Part shown: positions 47,210 to 59,600 of the stretch, piece after piece
How positions within the stretch are numbered: position 1 is the first letter of the stretch
How the letters are laid out: every line of letters begins with the position of its first letter
Source of the DNA: Psammoneis japonica
Taxonomy: Eukaryota
NCBI GenBank assembly: GCA_008632985.1
Contig: QPGO01000014.1
Span: forward strand, 696,289-760,288
DNA: 64,000 bases
Direction: 5' to 3'
Notes under the pieces: model-generated
Seen by the model: the letters and a program-made list of their open reading frames with translations, nothing else
What the model was told of the DNA's origin: nothing
Databases searched by the model: none
Translations under genes and position numbers: made by a program

Positions 47210-50200
47210 CCCTGATTATCATAGCATAGAAAATCTGTGGCACAGATTTGGGGTTCAGATTTCTTACAGATTTTCAAGGGGTCCGCAGAAACAGTTACAG
47301 ATTTTCAAAAAGCACAGATTTGTGCCACTAAAACTACAATGCAGCTGAAACTAAAATAAAAAAACTACAGAATTAACCCTCCTCGTCGAAAAAACTACAG
47401 AATTAACCCTCCTCGTCGTCCTCCACGTCACTTCCATCAAAATCCTCCGACTCCTTGTATGCAGTCACCGCGTCTTCGCCCGCCGCATTGCCAATTAAGC
47501 GGACTAGTTTTTCTCTGTACTCTGTTGCTGTTACCGCTTCAACGATGGCTGTGCACGTCGGGTCGGGCTCATCCGTTGGATCCTTGTAGCCAGCAACCAA
47601 GAAGGACTTGTAAACAAGTCCCTCTGGCACCTTCTCCCACGCTTCCACTGTCCACTGTGCAATGAGTTGCCTCGATGGAGCAATCGGATTCCCAGCGGCG
47701 TTAAGGGGGGCTTCCAGCATATACAAGTCATACAGATCCCGATAGAATGCCTTCCATATTTTGTTGATCAAAATGTCAAGAGGCTGTGCTTTGGGCGTGA
47801 TTCCTCCCGCCATTATCAAGAAGTGGAGCTTGCGGATAAGAGCAGTCCTGTCTTTGACGCATTGCTTTGAATGCCCTTTGAAATCGTCGACAAGGACGCC
47901 ACCGGCGTTTCCGTTCTCCTTTCCCTCTGAATCAACGACTCCGATGCCTGGAAGAATAACACGATCCAACACATCATTTGTAAGCTCACCTGAAGAGTTG
48001 GCAGTCTTTGACACTGTCATCACAATCTTGTCGTCGGAGGGATACTCATTGCCGTTGCTGTCTTTCGTGCGCTCGGTTATCTCATACATGATGGTGTTTC
48101 TTCCATATGGCGGACTCACAGGCGTGCCCTTCCAAATCACATACGGCCGCAACTTGTTGTTCTTCTTTGAGAAAGTGATGCTTAATTGTACAGTGAATCG
48201 CTCCTTCTCCTTTCCTCCGGTTCGAATGTTGCGCCTTCCAGACCCCTTCTTGCCCCAGGTATACTCCCCCACTGGCTCTCGCCACGTTGGAACATGATCG
48301 GTGTTGCAGAATGCCATGGGAGGGACAGCAACATATTCACCGGGAACGCCGTCAATCCTATGAGGGTGCATAATGCTGTTGCATCTTGCATTGATATCCT
48401 TCACCTTCTCTTCCCAACCATTGGGGAGCTTCTGCCCAGCTCCCGATTTCCGAGTATAGGACAAGTTGCACCGCCTCTTCAATCCATAGTAGAACCAAGT
48501 TTTCAACTGCTTCATTCGGTTCTGCCCTGGTCGGATGAACGAGGGACTGAGCTTCATCACCTCCCTGAAAATTATCAAACGGGTTATCCTACATCCCGTA
48601 CTGCTCAACTCGGCAAGCCTTTTCTCAAGCTTAGACTCCATTGCCTTCAAGACGTTTCCAACCTTGTTGCCCCGTTTCTCCTTGGCGTGGACAGTAGTAG
48701 ATACAAGGTACGCTCTTCGTTCGCTCGGAGAGAGAGCCTCTAATTTTACGCCGTGAAGCAACAATCCCTCCTTTCCTTTCTTGTATGTATCTGAAACCAA
48801 TTCGTATGTCTTCTTGTATATCTTATCTTTGCAAGATCCGCTCCATGATGTGTAGAAGTTATTTCGGATACGATGGGCAAGGTCATTAACTTTAGAGCCA
48901 CTCGAGATTGCCTCATATACAGCAATGCGCCACTCGTTGGTTTGTTGCTTTCCTTTTCTGTTGTATAGCCCGTCCTTCTCGGTGGCTTTTTGAAGAGGAG
49001 TCTTGGATTGCTTGTCCTCCAAATTTTGAGATCGCTTCTTGTAACGTTGTTTGAGCGTTTCTTCTTCTTGAGCCGCCTCAATTTTGAAATGTGTGCGGCT
49101 CCTCCAAAGGTTGATTGCACGGTCACACTTCATGTCACATGCAATCCTATGTGACCAAAGTGAGGATACACAAGCAGTATTAGCATCATACATAGAAAAA
49201 ACATCCAAGCAGTACCGCAGTGGTACTTACCGAGCCTCCGCATTAGCAAGAGTAGCAACAGCCCCAGCCATTTCAGCCTCCCATTCATTGTTCATTTCCT
49301 GAAACTTCTCTTTGTCCCCTCCACGATCAGGGTGTGATGCTGCTAGCCTTTTTCGGTTCTGTCTTTCGGCCTCTTTAGCAAGGTGCGCCATATCGGTGTC
49401 ACTGGTGGCACGACTACCGCCAAGGACGCGGTAGTATCCAAGGATGTCCTCAAGATTATCGCTCTTGATGCCACACTCGTCAAGAGTTGCTCCTTCAAAT
49501 ATCTCGAGAGCTGGGGATTCTTTCCACCTTTCCTTCTCGAGATCCGTTGCCATCTCCAAAAGTTCAGCTCCGCCTTGACGACCCGACCGCCAGTCTCCGT
49601 GTTGTGTAATAGTAAGATGCTTGGATTTAGAAGCATCACAGGAGATGCTAGCTGCCCCTCTTTTTCTTGAGGTATGAACTGCTTCTACCACTGTGTCACT
49701 ACTGCCGGTACCGCACTCGTCGTCATCGTCGTCATACAAATTTATGACACTTCCTCCTTGTTCCTTCTGGCTTGAGTTGGTATAGTCTGACGGCCTTGAC
49801 TTGTTGCTTGGCGGCATCGAAGAACGGGTGGCTTTGTGAGCGACCTTTTCCTTCCTCTTCTTGCGGGGAATAGTCCTGAAGAAAGACTGCATGGTCCATT
49901 TACCATTGTTACCACCCGAGTAATTTGCCTTTCTCTTCGCCTTTGTTTCACTACTACTAGCATCAGTACTGTCATCTGTAGCTTTGGCGTTCGAACTGAA
50001 GCTGTCATGGATGGGCAAGGGGGCGGTTTTCGTCTCGTCAAACTCATCTTTGCACAGCGTTTTGAACGTGGCAAGAAATACTCTGTACTTGATCGGTTTG
50101 TATGGCGGAACACAAACCTTACAAAGAAGGTTCTCCCATTGTGCTATGGTGATGAGCTTAAGTTCCTCCACACAGTCAACACCCTGTAATTCAAGCCATC

Positions 50201-50549
50201 GGTCGATTTCCTTTGTGCAAGAAAGGTTCTTATCGCAGAACCACTTTCTTACGGCGGGTACCGCCCACACTGGCTTCGAGGGGGCTTCATCCGAGGCCGT
50301 ATTCTCCTTAGATGCCATCGTTGCTGCAAAGAAATGATGTGCCGGAATGAGTGTGTCTCTTTCCACTCCTCACTTTGGCGCGGTCAACGTACATCCTACG
50401 TGCATTTTTAGTACAGAGGGGGGAAGGACAGACGGGGTCCAGATTCCAGATTTTCGGTTCGAAAAACTTACAGATTTTATTCGGCCCCTAAAATAAACTT
50501 ACAGATTATATTTTTCGGCACAGACTTTCTACCGGTATGATAATCAGGG
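47210..50549 (-). mobile_element. Apparently intact pogo/Tc1-mariner superfamily DNA transposon (3340 bp)
   Basis: TIRs CCCTGATTATCATA (47210) / TATGATAATCAGGG (to 50549), extending imperfectly to about 30 bp; TA target duplication at 47208-9 and 50550-1; repeated ACAGATTT subterminal motifs. Confidence 0.93.
47403..50318 (-). CDS. Spliced DDE_1 (pogo-type) transposase, about 943 aa, with N-terminal SAM-like and J domains; intron 49147-49230
   Basis: Catalytic motifs NTDHVP, LVDDFKGH, QPLD; KERFTVQL; a GTAAGT...TAG intron joins the 379-aa and 601-aa ORFs in frame; YYRVLG...HPDRGG. Confidence 0.85.
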
Positions 50550-50659
50550 TAGACTACTTACTGGATGGAATAAATTCATACGATCGTCCGTCAGTCAGCC
50601 GGCGGGACCGGTTGAGGCAGCGGGACCGGTTGAGCCCGCCGGCAGCTGGCGCTGGTGAG

Positions 50660-53600
50660 TTGTTCATCTGCACTTCTCTGCAATGTGAATTGCTTACACA
50701 AAGTGCAAAGATTTGTGCAACAATTGTGGTGTTGAAGGGATCTTTCTGAAAGGTGTGCACAGAATTGGGAAAAGATGCTTCAAGGATTTTTTGATTTGCA
50801 GCCACGCGAGTGATGAGAAGAGAAAACAGTTTTTTTTGTGAGCCTCCAGCCTCCCCAGAGATTGCACACACACATGCACACACAACACTCACTCTGTCAT
50901 GACGGAGTGCACAACAAAAGCTGCAGCATGCACAAGCATTTTAATTGAGGTGGAGAAAGCAAACAAAAAATGCATTGAAACTGCGCTGTTCAACTCCCCA
51001 AGCCCTCGCAAGGGCTCTTCTGTCAAAACACCACTTGCTCTTTAGAAAAGCCACTGTGCTGTTGTCAAAAGAAATAAAATCATTGTTGACATGTCACCAA
51101 ATCCAAAACACTGCAAGAAGCTGGAAAAGATGTGACAGTCATTGACAGCATCTTTCTTCATGAGGATGATCTCCTGCAAGAAGCAGAAGCAATGAGAGCA
51201 TTGTGCCGAAATGACTGCCTTTGAACAAGCTTCAAGTGCAACACAGAGTTGTGGGAGAAGCTCCACTTCACCTGCCTCTCTGGGGTGCATTTGCCTGGTG
51301 TTGTTGACAAGACAGTGAGTCAAGTCAAGCAAAAGCAAGCACAAGCATTGAACAAGGACACCCTCCCCAAGTCAATGGAGGCAAGGCTGCAGCTGAGTGT
51401 GGGTGTCTGTGGTTTCCATGTCAACCAGCCCCTCTGCCCCCACAGCTTGTCCTGCCAACTGCCACTGGCATCCACCACAAGCAATGTTTTTTGTGGCCAT
51501 GATGCTCAGACAAAAATCTGGAGCAACAAGCCATCAGGAAAAGATGTGATGGAGCTGTTGAACATGTGCAACAATGCAACAGACAATCATGAAGCACCGC
51601 AGTGGAAAATTTGGTGCCACAAGCAAATCTTCAAGAAGGGGCTCAAAGAACAAGTGACAAGCCTTGAGCAAAAAGGAGCTGGAGCAACCTCACCCCCAGC
51701 TGAAATTCTGGCATTGCCACCCACAGTTGTTTCACAATTTTTTAGCAGCTTTGCTGTCAGCCAAGCCAGGCAGTTTGCTGGCAGCACTTTCTTTACATTG
51801 ACTCTTCATTTGCCTCTCCAACTGTGTTGACAGTGCCTCAGATGAAGGCTGGTCAAAGCAAACATCTCTTGGACAATTGTTCACCTGCATTGTGCAGCAT
51901 CATTGGAAATGTTCTTGTGGTTGCTGTCCTTGATGAGACATGACTTTGCTCATGAAAAATTGATGACAGGCCTGTGAGGGTTTGTGACAGTGCCACATGC
52001 ATTGAACAAAATGGCAAGCACACTTGTGCCCTTGCCTTGCAAGCTCTGCATGAGTTTGAAAAATTTGCAGTTTTCTCAACACCCAGGGAGCAACCCCAAG
52101 TGTCAACACATGGCAATTGCAGAAAACACAAGAGCACAAGTTTTTGAAGGATGTGCTGGGCCAGCATGGACACTTTTGACCACTCAACATTGCCCTCATT
52201 TTTGCTCCTGTTCTGCATCTGGCTTGTTGCAGCATCTTGATTTGGTGGTTGTGCTGAGAATGCATGGTTGGGCCAAACAAGCCACACTCTGTCTTGCATT
52301 GCCATGCAGTTCAAGGTGGTGACAATGCCCTCTCACATGGCACAGCCCCTCTGTCCATGTGTTGGGAGCTGCCATGTGAAAGCAAATGGAGCAGAGTGGT
52401 TGGGACAAAGAACTGCAAATGGCAGCAACAAAGCTGAACAACAACAACAATCACTGTCATGTCAGGACAACAGGTTGCAACACAGTTGGGTGATGGCTGC
52501 CAGCTGCCATGGCATTGTCTGTGCCACCATTCTTTAAAAGCACCACAAGCTGGCCCACACACAGACATGACAGGAAAAAGAGGAGCACATGATCTGTCAA
52601 ATGAAAAAAAAAGCCACTGCACTTGTTGCCACAGTTTTTTCTTGATGACAGGCCCAGCAACTGGGTGGTTTGAAAGAGCTGAAGTGTCAGTCAAGAGTGC
52701 TGAAATTGTCCCCAACATTGTTGTTGAACAAGCACAGCTCTGCACACGTGCCAATCTGTGGCTGAGAAAGGTCATCTTTGGCAGAGGAGCTGCAGCCCTC
52801 AAAAGAAGCCAATGTGAGTGAGCCAGTCAAGCAAGTCCAGCAGAGCTGCAGCCAGTGTGAGCATGGCTGAAGTGCCACGTCAAACATGTCCACCATGAAA
52901 GAACATGGGTTCAGCAAAAAGAAGAAACAAGCTGCCAGATCAATGGCATTGGGAGTGTGTTTGCAAGCCAAATGGTGAGTTTGGAGTCAGCAGTGAGACC
53001 AAATGCATGCTGGTCAGCAAGCCACAAACTCTGATGACCATGACTGCTGAGTGGAAGGACATCTCCAGTGCACGCAAAGCAGAAGAAGATCATCAGAGGA
53101 TCAAAAAACAAACAAAAGAGCTCATCAAAGTCTAAAAAAATGCCAACACACACAGCAGTGGGGCAGTTGGCGGCACTTCTTGTCAAACAGCAGGAGAGAC
53201 AAAAGACTGCCAAGCACAGGGTGGAGGAGGGCAATGACTGCAGTGCACAGGCCCTGCCAGAGCAGTTGCCTGTAAAAGTGACAGCAGCACATGTGGACAA
53301 AAATTGCATGCTGGCAGGTGTGTGCACAATGTGCCTGCAGCGGGTTGTGCCCCATCCAGTGCTCTGTGGCTTTTGTCATGGTGGGGAGCATGCAGCACAC
53401 ACTGCACTGACAGCTGGCAGATGCCAGTCAGATGCCTTATGATGAAGGCCATCCCAAGGTGCTGAGGTGCATGGCACAACTGCAAACATTGTTGCATGCA
53501 AGCCCACATTGTGCCCCATGTATGTACTAGGCGCTGAAAAAGAAGATGTGTTACGACTTCGTCGTTGTGAAAATTATGAGCTAGTTTAGAGTAGAGAAAA

Positions 53601-56600
53601 TGGGATCGTGCGAATAGGGAATCTTGCCAAATCCCTATTCGTTCGCATTTGGATCGTATTAAATCGATCGTGCGTTCGCATTATGGATCGTGCGAATCAA
53701 GCCATCACGCGCCATGCACGAGTGATGTCATCGTGTGGAATCACGCTACCATCGTGGGCCAGACGACGGGCTAGTGTGCTTCACACGGACGCTCTCTTAG
53801 CATCCTTCTGGAATTGCCTAAGACCTAGAGCCACGCCCTCCTGTGGTCGTGCTTCCCAGGTACGTGTTAACAACACTACGTTGCCACGTACAAGAGGCTC
53901 ATGCACGGTCTCGCCGTGTTGTCCAGCAGCGAGGCACACTGCACACTCCCCCATGATCAGGGCCTGGTGCACGCATGGGGCACAGCAATGGCTTGCTCTC
54001 AGCCCACTGATCACATGTGCTTGCAATGGATTGTGGTGTGCCAGCTTGGTGCTGTGAGTGAGCTTGCATCACACAGCAAGGGTTGCTCATTTGAGGCTGG
54101 CCTCCAAAGTCAAGCACCAAGCAAGCAAAGACAAAGCTGCACATCTGAGCCCCAAAATGAGCTTGGAGCAAAGTTTTTCCCCAATGGTGGGCAAAAAGGA
54201 CAGAAGGTTGCATGTGGCAGCATGAGCATGAAGGAAAGAAGGTGCACAACTGCTCACGTGGCCAAAATTCATGGTCTCTGGCAGCAGCCATTTTTGGAAG
54301 AGCCGCCTTCATCTTCATCACCAAACTCAGTGTGTGAGGCAGAAACAGCTTCTTGGCTCTTTGTCACAGGCGAGTGCTCTCAACAACAAACAACACACAA
54401 TGTGCGTGGGGCACCACATGCTGCATGCCTTGAGGAGACACGCTTTGTGCTTGGTTGTTGCTTTGTGACTCTGTCGTCTCCATGCAATGACAAGTTCTGA
54501 AAAGGTGTGTGATTGTGGTGCGCTGCTTCTCTCCAGATGAGTGGTGGATTGGAGAGCATGGTTTTTCTGCCGCACAAGCAACAGCAATCTTTCACGCTGC
54601 AGAGTCATTTGCACAGAAATGTGTAGAACAGCACCAAGACAATTGTTGAAAAGTCTGTTTGTCTGTCCTCAGTGAATTTTAACTTTGCGAAAAATGGACT
54701 TGACTCTTTTCTGATCAGGCGCATCATTGACCACCCAGTGGTTGGTGATTGCAGACTTTTTTGTGTCAGCCAGTCAGTCAGTGTGTTGGTGGGTCGGTTG
54801 GGATGTCGGCAATTGAAAGTGTGTCCCTCAGAATTCAGAACAGCATGGTTTGTTTGGCACACACAAATTGTTCGCGTTCTGAGAATGATCGTCAAGGACA
54901 TTGGGGTTTGCAGGGACTTCTTAAAAAATTGACAAATTCCCTGCAATGAGTGCGTGGTGCAATTTTTGGAAGAGCTTGAAACTGCAGCAGAATTGGGGTT
55001 GCCGGTTGCCGGTGTGGCATGTTGAAAAATGCATCCAGCTGTTGACAGACATGATTTGTCATTGGTTCTGCACAAAACAGTCACATTGGATAAAAAAATG
55101 TCAAACAATGAGAAAGTTTGTGCGATGCACCATTTCGGTGGCAAATTTGCACATCGCTGCACAGCCCCAAAAATGGCATGAGCCACAAAATGTGATGGTC
55201 ATCCGCTTGCGGTGGCCACGCCACCCTGGTGGTGGGGCCCTGTGCATGCACAGCACAGGCAATGCTGCACGCAACGGCACACACCAACAAAGAAAGACCA
55301 GTGGTTGATGCTCCCTGCAGGCCTGGTTTTTCTTCAACACATTTGCAAAAATGTGCCTGACCGACAAGAGTCAAGTAGTCTGTTTTTGCACAAATTGTGT
55401 GAACATGACAGTTTCAGCACAAAAACGTGTAGATTCTACAGACGTCCTCAACTGTTTTGTGTGTTTTGTGTTGCGGGTCATTTTCAAAAGATTCCTGTTG
55501 GTTTGCCGGCATTCTTCTTTGGCGCAACCAGCATCATGTGCATTGCAGCACCATCCGTGACTTCTCATTGCTCAATGTGTTTGCATGAACCCAATGGACA
55601 AACACACACATGTGTTGTGCAGCTTCACATTGCTTTGGCAATGAGACACATTCTGTGCTTGCCAAATTGCCAATGTTTTCAATCATGAAATGTCAAAAGA
55701 GAGTTGGTCGCGGAAAGACGTCAACTGATCACAGGTGATCAACAGCAATCACAAGCAATCACAACTGGGGTCAAAAGCAATCAAAAGTCTTCACATGCCC
55801 TCTCCACAACATGTGCTAAATGTCCAGCCTGACCCCTTGGACAAAGGTCAGATTTCCCTGTTAACAGACAGGCCAACAGACCGACAGACCACGCTGCAAA
55901 TCTGTGACACCAGGTGCAACTAGTTTGAGGCAATGAAATCATTAAGACCACACTTGCAACAACTGCAAACGCCCTCATTGACCATTGTTTGCCTCCAAGA
56001 AGTGGTCCTGGGCTTCTTTGTACCTGGCAGGACCAAAGAATTGATGAAAGACACGCGTTCCAGCCTGGGTGGGAGCTGGCAGCACTGATGTGTGACACAA
56101 TTGCATTTTGTCATCCGTTGCTCTTATAAAAAATTGTTCCAGACTCGCTGTTTTGCAAAACCCCAGAGACGTTTTGCTGAACAAAATTGCCGGAAGCAAC
56201 ATGAGTGCACCAGGTGCATTCTTCAATGTCTGAAGAGTGCGCTGAGCACCTGGCTGAGCAAAAAAAATGTGCTTCAATCATGGATGAGTTTGTGCCTTTG
56301 CAAAATTGCCTCATTTTCTGTTGGCAATCATTGGTGTGTTCATCACCTGACAATTTTGCTGCGGAGCTTGCACGCAGAATTTTGCGGGCCAAATGTCACA
56401 AGGATTCCCATCTGCGTCTGGAACACATCAAAGGCAGGTCATGGGTTTTTCCAAAAATTGCAGTGGTGGCCACGCAAATGTGGCCCAAAAGTGTTGGTCA
56501 TGGGTCGTGAGGGAGAAGCGCAAGATTTCAAGCTGCATGAATGTTGGCAATGACTCTGCTTGTGTGATGAAGACACATGCACTTTTGCACCAGGAAGCAA

Positions 56601-59600
56601 CAACATGCAACCTCTCTACAACACACACTGAAATTTGGCATGTGCCCCCAGTCAGGGACACAAATGTCCAGTCAGATGGGATGTGACACACCCATGTGGC
56701 GGCTGCAGGGAGCTTGGGCCCTTCGCATTGATTTCAAGGTTCATCCAGCATTCGCAGACAGACAAAATCTAATCTTTGAAATTGACACGGGCAATCCCTT
56801 TGATTGGCCAAAAGCAAGGGAAAACAAAAAATCAAACAACATGCTCTGATGTGGCGCCAACACAATGCACATCGTGCAAGCAAAAAGACAAGCACTTCTT
56901 GCCCGACCAACTGCGTTGGCCATGACTGATCATTTTACCTGCATCTGTGGAGATGCCAAATGCCATGCAACAAGATTCAAGCTTCAGAGATGCATGTCAG
57001 TGGCAGTGACAGTTGGGCCGAGCAACCACACTGATTCCAACCACAGTCGGTTCCATGTGGTGTCCTTAAAGAGCAAGGTAAAAAATTGGACAGAAAGTGT
57101 GTTGTGCAAGCTCCCCTTGTGTCAGTGGGAGAAGCGGATGGACATGTTGGTTCTGGCAAAGAAGCGAATGTAGCACGTGCAAATCAGGTTGCCAAATGTT
57201 TGTCTGACAGTGCTGCAGCACCAGCCACTGAATCCAAGAAGCCATGTGATGATTTCAGAAATGACACTGCCAGCACTGGAATGATGGCAATGAATGACAC
57301 TGTGCAAGCCACCACACCCATTGCAAAAGCCACTGCACCAACAAACAAAGATGACAATGATGAAGAAGGCATGCCTCAGCTGATGTCAAGAGGGCATCAG
57401 ATGCGCCCCCTCTCACTTTAGAGTCAGTGCAATTTTTGAATGCTGCAATGGTGACTGAAAGTCACTCTAATTTGCTTTTTCACAATGCGGCATTTCTGAA
57501 GGAACAAAATTGCATTGTAGATTGAGCCGCCTTCACATGAGTTTCTTGCACATGATTTTCAATGAGCCACTGAAAAGAGAAAAATGAACACACTGACAAT
57601 GAGAGGCATGGCAAAATGCGACGCATCCAACACAATGAAATGCAGCAACATGACAAGAGGCATTCAAAAAACTTCCAGCAAATGCCAAATGCACACCACA
57701 AGGAGTGACAAAATGGAAGAGCAAAGAGCAAGAGGAAGCAAAATGGCATTTGCAAAATGCACTCACTCACAACAAGCAAACAGAGAAGTGAGTGCATTGG
57801 CATGTGACCATGAGGGAAAGCAACAGCAGAATCATGAAGGAGAGCAACAGCAGCGTGATGGCAATGTGGCCAGCATGATGTCAGTGTGAGGTGTGCATGT
57901 GCACTGAGATGGATTCATCAGTTCCCTCATTTTTGGCCTGTCAAAGGGATTGCTTGTGTTAATTTTGAACGTTGGATTTTTGTTTGCACACCAACATGCA
58001 GTCAAAGCGCAAAGGATCCATTTTTTTGTGTGCCGCATGTCACATCCCATCTCACTGGATGTTTGTGTCCCTCCCACCAGTGTTTGTCAATGTGAGTGGA
58101 CTGCAATCACAAGTCATCACAAGCAATCAGGACAAATGAGTGTCCAAAGACAAACTGACATGGCAGCCCTGCAAATCTGACCATTGCCTCTGCTCAGTTG
58201 AGTGACCCTGCAACCATGGTTTTGCTTTTGGGGCAAGCCCAGCTGATGTCAGTCAACTCATCCTTTCCGTCTTCTCATGTTGATGACATTTTTGCACAAG
58301 ACAGACAGCTGGCTGTCCTTTGCACGGGAACCGCACGCTCAACTTTCTAAAGCAATCACAAGTCATCACACTGCAAGTCATCACAAGTCATCTCATTGAG
58401 CATTTTGTCCCTCGCAGGACCATCTGCACACATTGTCATGCTTGACAGCATCAAATGGAGTTTCAGCGTTTGATTCCCATGCATGGACATGGGCATGCAT
58501 GGGGCCCCAGCGTTTGGTTGCCATGGTTGAAAGGCTGCGCAGTGGTGTCATGATGTGTGTTGTTTCCAAACAATCATGAACAGGAAGATTGTGTGCACTT
58601 TTCCACTTGGGCTGGCACAATGCAAACAAGCAACGAATGGAAATTTTCCCTTGGGGGGGGGGGGGGGCATTTGCTGCTTTTTTAAGCTCAAATTCGGCCA
58701 AACAGCTAGCAATTTGCATGATTTTTTCTGAATTTCACCATGCTTCACCATGGTGAAAACATCAAGCCATGAGTGTGACAGAGGTGGGCCGTCTGTCAAC
58801 TCTTGTTCATTTTGTGTTCATTGTGTTTCAAAGGTCACACGTGCATCAACAGTTTGTAGACGGACCACTTGGTTGTGGAAGTTGGGGAAGAGCATCCAGA
58901 ATTGAGAGCTGGAAATGGACAAAAAGGGCATGTTGACTTTAATTGGAAATTCTGGAAGATGCTGGTCTGCAAGTCAAACAATTCATAAGAGACAAAATGT
59001 TGGTGGGTGCAGCAGCAAGGATCTACGGTGCGCTCTGATTGGCCGAAGAGGAGCAACAAGAGGCAAATCAGCAGGAGCCAAAATGCAAACATCAGCACAA
59101 AAAATGGCTGACTCTTGCAAAGCAGGCAGAGCAGCAACATGCAGAGCAAATGTTCTTAGAGCTTTTGTGCCAATCCAGTCAAACACTGAGCAAACCAAGA
59201 AACAGAACATGTCACAACACAACCAGTCATCCAGAGGCACGAACAGCAAAATCTCTTGACAATGATGCAGATTTTCAGCTTGTTGGGCTTGGGCTGTTTT
59301 GTGCCACACAGAAAAGTTCCAGGGACAACATTTCAAAGGGAGTCAAAGGGTGAGTCAGCAAAATGAGTTCTTGATGGCAACCACCAAACTGTTGCCATGG
59401 ATGCCAACATTCACAAACTGAAGAAAACAGTGACAAAAAAATCTCGATCAACTGACTGCAACAAAAGATGCTTCTGCCAGTGCAAAGCATGCTAAAGCTC
59501 ATCATTGCCTCAACCAAGGCATGCAACCTGATGTGCGCTGGACCTTTTGCTGGATGTAAAATGAGTTGACATCCATCACTTTACCCAATTCATCAGGCGG

